Positions 30,376 through 40,997 of a stretch of 56,193 nt of DNA are shown in pieces. The position numbers and the translations under genes were made by a program. Location: positions 1 to 56,193 of IMG/VR virus record IMGVR_UViG_3300020198_001070. The stretch is one strand, 5' to 3'. The stretch is from a virus. Lineage: Duplodnaviria > Caudoviricetes. The notes below the pieces were generated by a model. That model searched no databases. It had not been told where the DNA came from and was given only the letters and a program-made list of their open reading frames with translations. Positions within the stretch are counted from its first letter, which is position 1; each line of letters starts with the position of its first letter.

Positions 30376-33300
30376 ATGGCAGTAAAAATAGATGGTTCAA
30401 AAGCTATCGTTTTGTGGTTGACAAATGACCACCATAAAGGAACCTTAACAAAAAATCATGGTATTTTATACGTTAATGGTACCGCAAACGGAGAAAGAAA
30501 ACTTGGTGAAAGAAATGATAAAGACTTATCAGGACTAACCCCAATAAATGCATACGAAGACAGATACCTGTCACAACAATCTTCATTATTCGAAGATCTT
30601 CACGCATCTCTTATCGTGGTGTATGATAAAACATCCACAAATGTAAAAGTAAAAGTAGATGATAACGTCAGAAAATTTATCCATGACCTTTATTTAAAAG
30701 GGCTTATTCCATTTGATGGGTTGTTTCCTGGACACCAAGAACAGGGTAACAGAGAACTTTTATTAGGGTATACTGACCATATCCATATGGATATCCTAAT
30801 TGATGTTATTAAACAATTTTTTAATGTAAAACATTCATTCAACACTATTAAACCAGTCGTTCTTAGAGAAATTCAAGAACCAGTGGTTAATGAAGTAGTT
30901 GATATTTTACTTAATAAAAAAGTAGCATTGCTAGCCGCATATGCAAGTTTTGGTAAAACCATAACCGCATTACAAATCATTTCGAAAGTATTACCAAATG
31001 GCGGTATTGCATTATTTACTACCCCAATCGTTGATACACTTCAATCACTCATCAATAATGTAGGCACATACCATTTTGGTGATAACAGAAATACGTCTAT
31101 TACATTTCTTAATGAAGCAGATTATGCCAAAACATCAATAAAAACATTACAAAAAAGAAAAAAGAATGGCGAAATTATACTTATTGGACTTAGTGTACAA
31201 GATTTAAGATATCAAGATGAGATATCTGATCAAGATAGTATTCGTGTCAAATATGCAAACTTGACCAATAATTTAGATTTGTGGGTATGTGATGAACGTC
31301 ATTTCCAATATGAAGGTGTATACACTAATAAAAAACTTTCAAATATATCAGCAACATATACATTAGATTTGACTGCAACACCGTATGATGTTCTAGACAA
31401 ATATGACCCATCACAAATCGTGTCTAGAACATTAGCATGGGGTATGATAAACCGCGATATATCTGATTTACCTAAGCTGGTTTTAGAATCATTTGATACG
31501 CCATTTTCAAATGTAGTAAGCAATGTTGCAGATATGTTTTCCGAAGAAGAAGGATTTTCACCCATCAAATTGTTTGCATTGAAAAACAATAATTTTGTTT
31601 ACAAATCAGAACTATTAAAAATTTGTGATTTAATGTATTACAATTCACTTAGTAAGAAAAAAAATCCACTAAGTATTGTTAATGATGTTGATTTAAGTGA
31701 TGTATCAAAAAATTGTGGATTATGGTTATTACCGATGGGGAGTGAAAACGTTTCATCCTCTGAATATATTCCAACCCTTGCATATGTTTTAAATAATTCA
31801 CAATCACATACGTTTTTTATATCAAGTTATGATTTAGAAGGAATGGCAAAAAATGCATCCTTCAAAAGCATAAGTCATGTAGTTGATTCATTACTACAAA
31901 CACATAAAAGAATTATTATTTTAACTTGTAGAAAATTTACAACTGGTACAGATATCCCAGCATTAGGTCACATTGTAATGTTTGATAAAATGGAGAGTGT
32001 CTCAGCATTTGAACAGCTACTAGGCAGAACTATTCGGTTGTACCCTAACAAAGATGTAGTCAAAGTTTATTCATTGGCACCTGGATATTCTATCAAAACC
32101 ACACTTGGAAAAATCGCGTTATATAATGAAACACTTGGCCGTGGATCAGGATTAGAATTACTAGAATCAGTCAGCCTATCCTCATATGATTTGGAAAATG
32201 CAAAATCAACACATGACCCAATTGATATTTTGGAAAATGCGCGTATTTGGTGTGAAAATCAAATTAATAATAACAAATTACCATCTGGTCAATTAGAAAA
32301 TGTAGTTGACTCATTTGTTAAATCAGAATGGGCGGATTTAAATTTAATAACCCACAAACCAGTTACCAATACATCAGTTGATCTAAGTAATGACAATGGT
32401 GCTAAAAACAAAGAAACCCCAACGAATAAACCAAAATATAATAAAGATAGCTTAGAAGCTAAAATAATGGATAGTATTCAAGCTATTTTTGTAGAAGCAA
32501 CCTGGGTAGCATACATGCTAAAATCATATGATTATAATGTTGTTTTAAATTCAGATAGTTTGATTAATTTTTTTGGTAAAGACCTTTTAGATGCTGTCAC
32601 AACAACTGCAGATAATAATGAAAAATTTCGTACTATGTTAAATAAAAATATGCTTGATAAAAAATTGGCGTTTGAATTATTAGACATCGATAAAGTATTA
32701 GACAAAATTTTTATCAACAACGAAATGAAAGCAAATAAAGGGTTGGTGTTTATCAATGCCGATCTGTCAAATAGATTACTTGATGAATTAGACGACATTG
32801 AACCACCAAAATCAATTTTGATTTTCAATGCATTGAATGGGTGTTTACCAATTCAAGTACAAAAAAAATACCCAAACGCCAGTATAGTATGTGCAGAAGT
32901 TTTTGACTTGTTCAAAGATTCCTTAACAATACAAGGGTTTACCGTAATAGATTACAAGGATGTAATAAACATGATCAATACAAATAATATACCAAAATTT
33001 GATGTAATTATACAAAACCCCCCATATCAAAAAAACGATAACGGGCATGGTAGTAGCGCAACAGCTATCTACCAAGATTTTGTTGATATCGCAATTGAAC
33101 TTAAACCATCGCATATTGTGTCGGTCATCCCGTCAAGATGGATGACCGGTGGCAAAGGTGCAAGATTAAACAATTTTAGAAAAAGAATGGCCCAGGCCAA
33201 CAGTTTTAAAGTATTACATGATTTCCACAATTCTTGTCATTTTTTTCCAACGGTCGTGATAAAGGGTGGAGTGTGCTATTTTAGATGGGATCTTAATTTC

Positions 33301-33948
33301 AACGGTGATTGCAAAGTCATCGAACATTATATAGATGGGACGTCGTCTGAAACATATAGACCATTATTTTTACCAAATATGGCCACTGTTATTCGTTATA
33401 ATGAAGCAATTGATATTTTAAATAAAGTACAATCGCATAATGAACCATCTATTGTTAGCAATATGCCTGTTCGTAATATGTTTCCATTTGAAACAGACTT
33501 TTTAGGTGATACCACCCCAACAGCTGACCCAGTAACTTTTTATGGACAAAAAGTAGTGAGTACAGTAGATCGGTCAACTATTACAAAAAATATCTATTTT
33601 GTGTATTCACATAAAGTGATTGTGACAGAAGCGGTTGGTAACGGTACCGGTGTGGGTGATAAAATAAATCCAATTTATGCCGGTCCAAATACGTGTTTTT
33701 CGAAAACTTATATACCATTGGCCGAATTTAACACAGAAAAAGAATGTCGTAATTATATGTCATATATCAACACTAAATTCTTCCACTTTCTGCTTACCTT
33801 AAAAAAGTATACACAGCATACTTCACAAAAAGAATATAGTTTAATACCAGTTCAAGATTTTACTAAAGCGTGGACTGATGAAGAATTATTTGAAAAATAT
33901 GATATTTCAGAAGATGAAATAAATTTTATTACTCGGATGGTGAAATAA
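30376..33948 (+). CDS. SF2 helicase fused to an Eco57I-like adenine methyltransferase/target-recognition region
   Basis: ASFGKT, CDERH, LTATP, TGTDIP, QLLGRTIR; DVIIQNPPY, VIPSRWM, KGGVCYF. Confidence 0.8.
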   Translation: MAVKIDGSKAIVLWLTNDHHKGTLTKNHGILYVNGTANGERKLGERNDKDLSGLTPINAYEDRYLSQQSSLFEDLHASLIVVYDKTSTNVKVKVDDNVRKFIHDLYLKGLIPFDGLFPGHQEQGNRELLLGYTDHIHMDILIDVIKQFFNVKHSFNTIKPVVLREIQEPVVNEVVDILLNKKVALLAAYASFGKTITALQIISKVLPNGGIALFTTPIVDTLQSLINNVGTYHFGDNRNTSITFLNEADYAKTSIKTLQKRKKNGEIILIGLSVQDLRYQDEISDQDSIRVKYANLTNNLDLWVCDERHFQYEGVYTNKKLSNISATYTLDLTATPYDVLDKYDPSQIVSRTLAWGMINRDISDLPKLVLESFDTPFSNVVSNVADMFSEEEGFSPIKLFALKNNNFVYKSELLKICDLMYYNSLSKKKNPLSIVNDVDLSDVSKNCGLWLLPMGSENVSSSEYIPTLAYVLNNSQSHTFFISSYDLEGMAKNASFKSISHVVDSLLQTHKRIIILTCRKFTTGTDIPALGHIVMFDKMESVSAFEQLLGRTIRLYPNKDVVKVYSLAPGYSIKTTLGKIALYNETLGRGSGLELLESVSLSSYDLENAKSTHDPIDILENARIWCENQINNNKLPSGQLENVVDSFVKSEWADLNLITHKPVTNTSVDLSNDNGAKNKETPTNKPKYNKDSLEAKIMDSIQAIFVEATWVAYMLKSYDYNVVLNSDSLINFFGKDLLDAVTTTADNNEKFRTMLNKNMLDKKLAFELLDIDKVLDKIFINNEMKANKGLVFINADLSNRLLDELDDIEPPKSILIFNALNGCLPIQVQKKYPNASIVCAEVFDLFKDSLTIQGFTVIDYKDVINMINTNNIPKFDVIIQNPPYQKNDNGHGSSATAIYQDFVDIAIELKPSHIVSVIPSRWMTGGKGARLNNFRKRMAQANSFKVLHDFHNSCHFFPTVVIKGGVCYFRWDLNFNGDCKVIEHYIDGTSSETYRPLFLPNMATVIRYNEAIDILNKVQSHNEPSIVSNMPVRNMFPFETDFLGDTTPTADPVTFYGQKVVSTVDRSTITKNIYFVYSHKVIVTEAVGNGTGVGDKINPIYAGPNTCFSKTYIPLAEFNTEKECRNYMSYINTKFFHFLLTLKKYTQHTSQKEYSLIPVQDFTKAWTDEELFEKYDISEDEINFITRMVK

Positions 33949-34544
33949 TGCTAGACCATATTATAAACCATTGTAGAAATCATGAATTTATGTCTGGTGT
34001 TGAACGTGACCAAAAACGTATTACCAAAACAGCAGAAGTGTTCACACCATTAAAATTAGTCAATGATATGCTTGACTTATTACCACCAGAAGTATTTACT
34101 GGTGAATCATCAAACTTTCTTGATAATTCGTGTGGTGATGGACAATTTTTATCAGAAATACTTATCAGAAAAGTATCAAATGGCATCCCGTTTGAACAAG
34201 CATTATCTACTATTTATGGAGTAGATATCATGCAAGATAATGTTGCTTTATGTAGAAATAGATTATTATGTGGACAGGAACAATATAGACATATTGTAGA
34301 AAACAACATAGTCTGTACTGATGCATTAACTTATCATTACGCGTTTAATGGGGATATTGAGCCTAAAGTTGATTTATTGGCCCACTTAAACCCACCAGTA
34401 AAAGTGAAAAAACCAAGAAAAACTAAAGATACCACAACCGTGAAAAAACCAAGAAAAACTAAAGATACCACAACCGTGAAAAAACCAAGAAAAACTAAAG
34501 ATACCACAACCGTGAAAAAACCAAGAAAAAATAAAAAAGATTGA
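33948..34544 (+). CDS. DNA methyltransferase SAM-binding half with basic repeat tail
   Basis: AEVFTP, FLDNSCGDGQFL, IYGVDI; no NPPY motif. Confidence 0.8.
   Translation: MLDHIINHCRNHEFMSGVERDQKRITKTAEVFTPLKLVNDMLDLLPPEVFTGESSNFLDNSCGDGQFLSEILIRKVSNGIPFEQALSTIYGVDIMQDNVALCRNRLLCGQEQYRHIVENNIVCTDALTYHYAFNGDIEPKVDLLAHLNPPVKVKKPRKTKDTTTVKKPRKTKDTTTVKKPRKTKDTTTVKKPRKNKKD
34404..34530 (+). repeat. 36-bp tandem repeat, 3.5 copies, encoding VKKPRKTKDTTT
   Basis: GTGAAAAAACCAAGAAAAACTAAAGATACCACAACC repeated exactly. Confidence 0.95.
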
Positions 34545-34559
34545 CACATTGAATAATAC

Positions 34560-34751
34560 TTGGTATATTTCAGTACAAATGAGTTGGATATACATCACAT
34601 AGATTATATCAAATCAAACAACGCATTTTCAAACCTTATACCATTATGTAAAAAATGCCATGGACAATCTAACTATAACAGAGACAAATGGCAGAACAGA
34701 TTGACAGAAATAAAAATAATGATAAACTATTTGATAAATAATAACAGATAA
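34560..34751 (+). pseudogene. HNH endonuclease fragment
   Basis: LDIHHIDY.K.NN...NLIPLCKKCH; poor start context. Confidence 0.65.
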
Positions 34752-34798
34752 TCGCCATATGGGATTATTATTATAAACTCGCTTAATAGGAGAATAGC

Positions 34799-36700
34799 AT
34801 GAAAAAAAAAATAATTGGCATTGATTTAGGAACTGGTGTATCTTGTGTTTCAGTTTTTGAAAATGGAACATATAAAATCATCGAAAATTCAGAAGGGTCT
34901 AGAACTACCCCAAGTGTAGTGACTTATACTGATACTGAAATTTTAGTCGGAGTTGCGGCAAAACGACAAGCAATTTCAAATCCAACCCACACCATTTACG
35001 AAATTAAAAGATTAATTGGTCGTAAATTTAATGACAAAGAAGTCCAAAATAGTATCAAATCACTTCCATATAAAATAATTGAAGCTGAAAACGGTGATGC
35101 TTGGATAGAAGTTAATGGTAATAAAATTTCACCACAGCAAGTCTCTGCTGAAATCCTTCGAAAAATGAAATCTACTGCAGAAGAATATTTAGGGCATGCA
35201 GTTACTGATGCCGTAATTACAGTACCTGCATACTTCAACGATGCACAACGTCAGGCAACTAAAGATGCTGGAAAAATAGCTGGATTGAATGTAGAACGTA
35301 TTATTAATGAGCCAACTGCCGGGTCCCTTGCGTTTGGTCTGGATAAACAATCATCAACCGATAGAAAAATTGTTATTTGGGATACTGGGTCCGGTACTCA
35401 TGATATTTCGGTAATAGAAATATCAAACATTGATGGTGAACATCAGTTTGAAGTTATTTCAACCAATGGTGATTGCCATTTAGGTGGGACTGACTTTGAT
35501 AATAGAATTATCGAATTTTTAAATAATGAATTCAAAACAGAAACTGGTATTAATTTGCTAGATGATGTTATCGCACTACAAAGACTGAAAGATGCAGCCG
35601 AAAAAGCAAAAATAGAACTATCTAATACATTACAAACTGACATCAATCTGCCATATATTTCAGCAGATAATACTGGTCCAAAACACTTAACTGTGAAATT
35701 ATCTCGTTCTAAATTTGAATCCTTGATTGACGATTTAATTGATCGATCTATTGAACCTTGCAAAATTGCATTGCATGATGCAAACTTATCAATTTCTGAT
35801 ATCGATGATATCATTTTAATAGGCGGTTCAACTAGAATTCCTAAAATGCAAGAAGCGGTTGAAAAATTATTTGGTAAAGTACCAAGAAAAGATGTGAATC
35901 CAGATGAAGCTGTAGCAGCAGGGGCTGCCGTTCAAGGCGCAGTTCTCGCAGGTGACAAAACTGATGTACTATTATTGGATGTAACCCCATTAAGTTTAGG
36001 GATCGAAACAATGGGTGGGGTATTTACCAAGTTGATTCAAAAAAATACCACTATCCCAACTAAAGCTAGTCAGACCTTTTCAACTGCAGAAGATAATCAA
36101 CCGGCAGTAACAATCAAAGTCGGACAAGGCGAACGTGAGTTATATCATTATAATAAGCAATTGGGTGAATTTAACTTAGATGGTATTGCGCCGTCCCCAC
36201 GTGGGATGCCACAAATCGAAGTTACCTTTGATATCGATGCGAATGGTATCATGCATATTTCAGCGCAAGACAAAGGCACTGGTAAGAAAAATAATATTAC
36301 CATCAAATCTGATTCTGGGCTAAGTGAAGATGAAATCAATCAAATGATTAAAGATGCGGAAACCAATGCGGAATCAGATAAAAAACAAAAAGAGTTGATT
36401 GAAGCACGTAATGGTGCAGAATCACAACGGCATAGTCTGCAAAAAGATTTTAATGATGTCAAAGATCAACTGACGGATGATGAACGTGCAGCATTTGAAG
36501 AAGCAACTTCTACCTTAGAAGAAGCAGTAAAAGGGGACGACGTTGAAAAAATCCAAGAATCTGTTTCTAAATTGTTTGAAGCAGCATCACCAGTTTTTGC
36601 TAAAAAACAAGAAGCTGAACAATCAACGAAAGACTCGGCAGGTGAATCTGATGAAGAATCAATCGACGCAGATTTTACAGAAGTTGACCCAGCGGAATAA
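34799..36700 (+). CDS. dnaK: Hsp70 chaperone DnaK
   Basis: [46 protein letters not shown]. Confidence 0.97.
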   Translation: MKKKIIGIDLGTGVSCVSVFENGTYKIIENSEGSRTTPSVVTYTDTEILVGVAAKRQAISNPTHTIYEIKRLIGRKFNDKEVQNSIKSLPYKIIEAENGDAWIEVNGNKISPQQVSAEILRKMKSTAEEYLGHAVTDAVITVPAYFNDAQRQATKDAGKIAGLNVERIINEPTAGSLAFGLDKQSSTDRKIVIWDTGSGTHDISVIEISNIDGEHQFEVISTNGDCHLGGTDFDNRIIEFLNNEFKTETGINLLDDVIALQRLKDAAEKAKIELSNTLQTDINLPYISADNTGPKHLTVKLSRSKFESLIDDLIDRSIEPCKIALHDANLSISDIDDIILIGGSTRIPKMQEAVEKLFGKVPRKDVNPDEAVAAGAAVQGAVLAGDKTDVLLLDVTPLSLGIETMGGVFTKLIQKNTTIPTKASQTFSTAEDNQPAVTIKVGQGERELYHYNKQLGEFNLDGIAPSPRGMPQIEVTFDIDANGIMHISAQDKGTGKKNNITIKSDSGLSEDEINQMIKDAETNAESDKKQKELIEARNGAESQRHSLQKDFNDVKDQLTDDERAAFEEATSTLEEAVKGDDVEKIQESVSKLFEAASPVFAKKQEAEQSTKDSAGESDEESIDADFTEVDPAE

Positions 36701-36773
36701 AAATAATACAATATATGTGTGGGGTGCTCAAGGGAGACCCCACCTTTTTCTTGCTTATGAAAGGAGAATTAAA

Positions 36774-37211
36774 ATGACACAATACAAACAACAATTAAGA
36801 ACAATTACCTCGTTAGATGCAGCAGCTCTTAGTAGAGCGTTAGTTGGATTTGATAGAATCATCAGTAGTAAATTAAATAGTACACAATCTAATTACCCAC
36901 CACACAATATACTCAAATATAATGAAACAAATTATGGTATTGAATTGGCAGTCGCAGGATTTAGTAAAGAAGAAATCAAGATCACAGTAGATCAAAATAT
37001 CTTATCTATTAACGGCGAACGTACAAACCCAATTTCAGAAGGCATTGAATTTTTGCACCGTGGGTTGGCAGCACGAAATTTCGTTGTTGAATTTCCATTG
37101 GCAGAATTTATGGAAGTCCGAGAAGCCGAGGTTAACAACGGAATTCTTAGGATTAGCGTAGAATACATCGTACCAGATGAACTCAAACCACGTCAAATTG
37201 AAATAAAATAG
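36774..37211 (+). CDS. Small heat-shock protein (Hsp20/IbpA-like)
   Basis: AAGGAG RBS; NYPPHNI, ELAVAGF, FLHRGLAAR, NGIL, PRQIEI. Confidence 0.92.
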   Translation: MTQYKQQLRTITSLDAAALSRALVGFDRIISSKLNSTQSNYPPHNILKYNETNYGIELAVAGFSKEEIKITVDQNILSINGERTNPISEGIEFLHRGLAARNFVVEFPLAEFMEVREAEVNNGILRISVEYIVPDELKPRQIEIK

Positions 37212-37218
37212 TTTTTAA

Positions 37219-37243
37219 TATGGGGAAGTCAGACTTCCCCATT
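37219..37243 (+). terminator. Hairpin after hsp20
   Basis: ATGGGGAAGTC-A-GACTTCCCCAT. Confidence 0.55.
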
Positions 37244-37262
37244 ATATCAGGAAAATATAATA

Positions 37263-37562
37263 ATGTCAGATGTAAAATTTGAAGAATCAGTAAGTATCAA
37301 AGTTACTGAACCTAAAAAATGGAAGGTTATTATTTTAAATGATGATCATACCCCACACGCGTTTGTGATTTCGCTACTAATCGATCTTTTCCGTCATGAT
37401 GTCCAAAGCGCAACTGCCGTAACTACACAAGTCCATGAAACTGGGTCAGGCATTGCTGGAATTTATGATTTTGAAATTGCTGAAGTAAAAGCGGTTGATG
37501 CTACTAAACTGGCACGAGAAAATGGATTTCCATTACAAATTAAAATTGCGCAAGATGATTAA
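37263..37562 (+). CDS. clpS: ClpS N-degron adaptor
   Basis: KVIILNDDHTP..FV, QVHETG, FEIAEVK, ARENGFPL. Confidence 0.92.
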   Translation: MSDVKFEESVSIKVTEPKKWKVIILNDDHTPHAFVISLLIDLFRHDVQSATAVTTQVHETGSGIAGIYDFEIAEVKAVDATKLARENGFPLQIKIAQDD

Positions 37563-37578
37563 CTTTTAGAGAACACAG

Positions 37579-38115
37579 ATGAGTTTAAAAGAATATACCA
37601 AAGATTTACATACAGAAATAGAAAAAACACAGTTTGCAAAACTGTTGCTTTCTGGTAACATCACACCTGCACACTATACCAACTACTTATATCAACTGTT
37701 GCTGGTATATTACCCAATTGAATTTGGTGCAAAAATGGTAGGGGCGCTGGATAATTTACCTGGATTGGAAAGGTCTGCACTTATTCTTGCAGATTTTGGT
37801 GAATTATCAGATACGCAATATAACGGGAAGTGGTGTCCAGCAACAATCAAATATCATAATTACCTGATTGATCTCATCAATGATGTTGACCGTCGACCAT
37901 TGATTAAAGCGCATTTGTATGTTCGTCACATGGGTGATTTATTTGGTGGGCAATATATTGCCAAAAAAGTGCCAGGCAGTGGTAAAATGTATCAGTTTAC
38001 TGATATGGACTTGCTGAAAACCAATATCAGAAGTTTAGCAACTGATGAATTAGGTGATGAAGCAAGAATTGCATTTAAATGGTCCATCGATATTATGAAT
38101 GAATTATATGAGTAA
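37579..38115 (+). CDS. Heme oxygenase (HemO/Ho1-type)
   Basis: LKEYTKDLH..IE, AHLYVRHMGDLFGGQ, EARIAF. Confidence 0.9.
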   Translation: MSLKEYTKDLHTEIEKTQFAKLLLSGNITPAHYTNYLYQLLLVYYPIEFGAKMVGALDNLPGLERSALILADFGELSDTQYNGKWCPATIKYHNYLIDLINDVDRRPLIKAHLYVRHMGDLFGGQYIAKKVPGSGKMYQFTDMDLLKTNIRSLATDELGDEARIAFKWSIDIMNELYE

Positions 38116-38794
38116 TGTGTGGGATACCTTAGCTAAAATTCAAGTTTATTTTGAATCCGCGTTAAACAATTATGGTACCGAAATCCAAGAACCAGGGCTA
38201 GATAAATTTAATCAACCAGCCTGGATTAATAAAGTATGGACCAGTGAAGTTTTTAGACGTGCACATTTATGTGTGGTTGATGCCAGAGAAACAAAAGGGG
38301 TGTGGATGATGCATTGCTGCATCTTTCCGCATATTCACAACCCAGCCCCTATATTCGGGTTTGATGTTGTTGCTGGAAAAAACAAAATAACAGGTTGCTT
38401 CGTTGATTATAGTCCAGCTGGTGACCCATACCATCCATTATTGGAATGGTTTGGACAGATTACGCATGATTTACTCTGGAAAAAAACGAGAGAATTACCG
38501 GAATGGGGCAAAAGAATTTTCAGTGAAAACATGGTTGCAGCAAGTAATGTACAAACCGATCTCGAACTACAACAAATTTACGATGTAGCGACTAATGGTA
38601 TAGAATACTATTTAGTGGATGTCGGTGATACCAATGATACAGCCGACGACACAGCAGAGTCACAAAACTTATATACATCAAATCAAAAACTTAACCCACA
38701 TACACCAAAAGTAATGACATCGCTAGGGTTGTTCGATGATGATGTCACTACTTTTATCAACGAATGTTTATTCCCATCAATAATTAAAGTATGA
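38108..38794 (+). CDS. Ferredoxin-dependent bilin reductase (PcyA/PcyX-like)
   Basis: FRRAHL, MMHCCIFP, PIFGFD, DYSP, RELPEWG.RIFS, NQKLNPHT; coupled to heme oxygenase. Confidence 0.85.
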   Translation: MSNVWDTLAKIQVYFESALNNYGTEIQEPGLDKFNQPAWINKVWTSEVFRRAHLCVVDARETKGVWMMHCCIFPHIHNPAPIFGFDVVAGKNKITGCFVDYSPAGDPYHPLLEWFGQITHDLLWKKTRELPEWGKRIFSENMVAASNVQTDLELQQIYDVATNGIEYYLVDVGDTNDTADDTAESQNLYTSNQKLNPHTPKVMTSLGLFDDDVTTFINECLFPSIIKV

Positions 38795-38846
38795 GTTAAT
38801 TCATAAATATCCCCCATTAAATAAAACTACATAGGGAGCATATTTT

Positions 38847-39335
38847 ATGAGTAAATTTGTAGGAATTTTAATGTTATTTGTAGCTACATCATTGTATGCT
38901 GCTGAATTACAACACACTTTCAATAGCCCAGCATTTAGTGGTATTGGGTATAGCAACCACGTTTTAACTTTACAGCAATTAGAAACTCAAGCAAGTGATA
39001 AAAATAAATCAGCTGCTGATGCGATAATTGCAAAAGCAGCATCAGAAGCGGCAAATACCCCATCTGCTAAATTCTTAGCAAATGTAGAATCTAGAATATA
39101 TTCACAACTTGCAAAACAATTAACTGATAGTCTTTTTTCAGAAGGTTCATCTTGCACAGTTGGTTCTGGAGTTTGTGGAGCAATACCAGATTTGGGTGGT
39201 AATAATGTCACTTGGCAAATGACTAATCAAGTAGTCAATGGCGTTATCCAACAAATGATTAAAATTGATATTACTAATAATTCATCTGGCCAATCGACTA
39301 GTATGTTAGTTCCAGCTGGAGCTTTTTACTTTTAA
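38847..39335 (+). CDS. csgF: Curli assembly protein CsgF-like
   Basis: Signal peptide then ELQHTFNSPAFSG; SRIYSQLAKQL. Confidence 0.75.
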   Translation: MSKFVGILMLFVATSLYAAELQHTFNSPAFSGIGYSNHVLTLQQLETQASDKNKSAADAIIAKAASEAANTPSAKFLANVESRIYSQLAKQLTDSLFSEGSSCTVGSGVCGAIPDLGGNNVTWQMTNQVVNGVIQQMIKIDITNNSSGQSTSMLVPAGAFYF

Positions 39336-39344
39336 CGGCGCATT

Positions 39345-40169
39345 ATGAAAAAATTATTAATAGTAACAACAATTATCTTTTTACAGGGATGCGCTACAGG
39401 AAGTTCAATTCACAAACTCATAACCGGTGAACAGTTTGATGATCCAGTTGTTGAACAATCTAAATTTTTACAAAAAGAAGAAAACTGGTTGGCACCTCCA
39501 GTTGGTGGACCTATTCCAATTGCAGTGTATGGGTTTCAAGACAAAACTGGTCAACGTAAATCAATACCAAATATCGCAAGCCTTAGTTCTGCAGTGACAC
39601 AAGGAGCTGAAAACTATTTAATAAAATCATTAAAAGATGTCGGTGATGGTAGATGGTTCATTCCAGTTGAGCGTGTTTCATTGGAGAATCTAATAAAAGA
39701 ACGACAAATGATTAGACAAGCACGAGAATTTTTCCAAGGTAAAGATGCACAACCATTACCAGCAATGACGTTTGCTGGTGTGATGGCCGAAGGTGCGATT
39801 GTTGGTTATGATAGTAATACAACAACGGGTGGTGCTGGTGTAAGATTTTTTGGTATTGGTGGAGAAACACAATACCAAAGCGATACAGTAACAGTAAGTT
39901 TAAGAATTATATCAATCACATCTGGTGAAATATTAACTTCTGTTATTGTTACTAAAACCGTATTAAGCTACATGGACAAATTAGGTGTATTACGTTTTAT
40001 CGCATCTGATGCAAAAGCGATTGAAGCTGAAGTAGGTGGTAGTATAAACGAAAGTATTAATAGAGCAACTAATAAAGCAATTCAAGCTGCTGTTATTGAT
40101 ACAATCAAAGATGGAGCAAAGAAAGGACATTGGGCATTTAAAGATATACCAAATCCTTATATAAAATAA
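39345..40169 (+). CDS. csgG: Curli secretion channel CsgG lipoprotein
   Basis: Lipobox LQGC; AVYGFQDKTGQRK, SSAVTQGA, VER..LENLIKERQ, EGAIVGYD. Confidence 0.9.
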   Translation: MKKLLIVTTIIFLQGCATGSSIHKLITGEQFDDPVVEQSKFLQKEENWLAPPVGGPIPIAVYGFQDKTGQRKSIPNIASLSSAVTQGAENYLIKSLKDVGDGRWFIPVERVSLENLIKERQMIRQAREFFQGKDAQPLPAMTFAGVMAEGAIVGYDSNTTTGGAGVRFFGIGGETQYQSDTVTVSLRIISITSGEILTSVIVTKTVLSYMDKLGVLRFIASDAKAIEAEVGGSINESINRATNKAIQAAVIDTIKDGAKKGHWAFKDIPNPYIK

Positions 40170-40207
40170 AGGAGCGTGGTTAAGGCAACTTAACTAATGT
40201 AAATATT

Positions 40208-40996
40208 ATGAAACGAACAACCATAAGTTTAGTAGTAACATCGTTATTTGTTAGCCAAGTTGCATTAGCAACTAATACAGGACAAAATAACGTATATATA
40301 GAACAAGTTGGCAATGCTAATACTATCACGATTGACCAAATAGGTGGAACTAACAATGTAGGTGGAGTAACTACTACAACATTAACATATGGAAATGATA
40401 ATGTTATATCTGCATTCACCCCAACAGCGGCTAGTGCACTAAATTATGCAACTATAACAGGAAGTTCTAATATTGTTACTTTGAGTCATACTGGTGACAA
40501 CAACTGGGCACAGTACAATATCAACGGTGGAACTAATACCTATTCAAGTACAATTATTGGCAGTAGTAATAAAACAAAATTAACTATTGGAACTTCTGGC
40601 CAGAATGGTGCTAAAAGTGATAACATTATTACTGAAATAATTAATGGTGATTTAAACTATTTGATTCAAACACTAACAAAAGGAAGCATTAATAGTTATA
40701 ATGAAATGATAGGTAATAGCAATCAAATTACCACTCGTTTAACTAGCACATCAGGTGATGTTCATACAACGGTTACAGGAAGTAATAACTCATTGATAAA
40801 TGAACAAGATGATGGTGGAACAGGTCATCAATTAACACAGGAAATAACTGGTGGTTATAACTCTATTGTTACACAACAACAAGGAACAAATGATTCAGTT
40901 ATTAATATTAGCACATTAGGTGACCATAATAGTATTACTGTGCGTTCTACAAATTCATCTAGTATTGTTAATTCAAATATAGCTGTATCTAGATAA
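40208..40996 (+). CDS. Secreted curlin-repeat-like protein
   Basis: Signal peptide; N-x-x-x-x-x-Q-x-G-x-x-N type repeats (IEQVGNAN, QQQGTND). Confidence 0.7.
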   Translation: MKRTTISLVVTSLFVSQVALATNTGQNNVYIEQVGNANTITIDQIGGTNNVGGVTTTTLTYGNDNVISAFTPTAASALNYATITGSSNIVTLSHTGDNNWAQYNINGGTNTYSSTIIGSSNKTKLTIGTSGQNGAKSDNIITEIINGDLNYLIQTLTKGSINSYNEMIGNSNQITTRLTSTSGDVHTTVTGSNNSLINEQDDGGTGHQLTQEITGGYNSIVTQQQGTNDSVINISTLGDHNSITVRSTNSSSIVNSNIAVSR

Positions 40997-40997
40997 A

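Noticed and set aside
36543-36773. N-terminal extension of Hsp20 in the ORF track
   Set aside because: Overlaps dnaK; the strong RBS lies before the ATG at 36774
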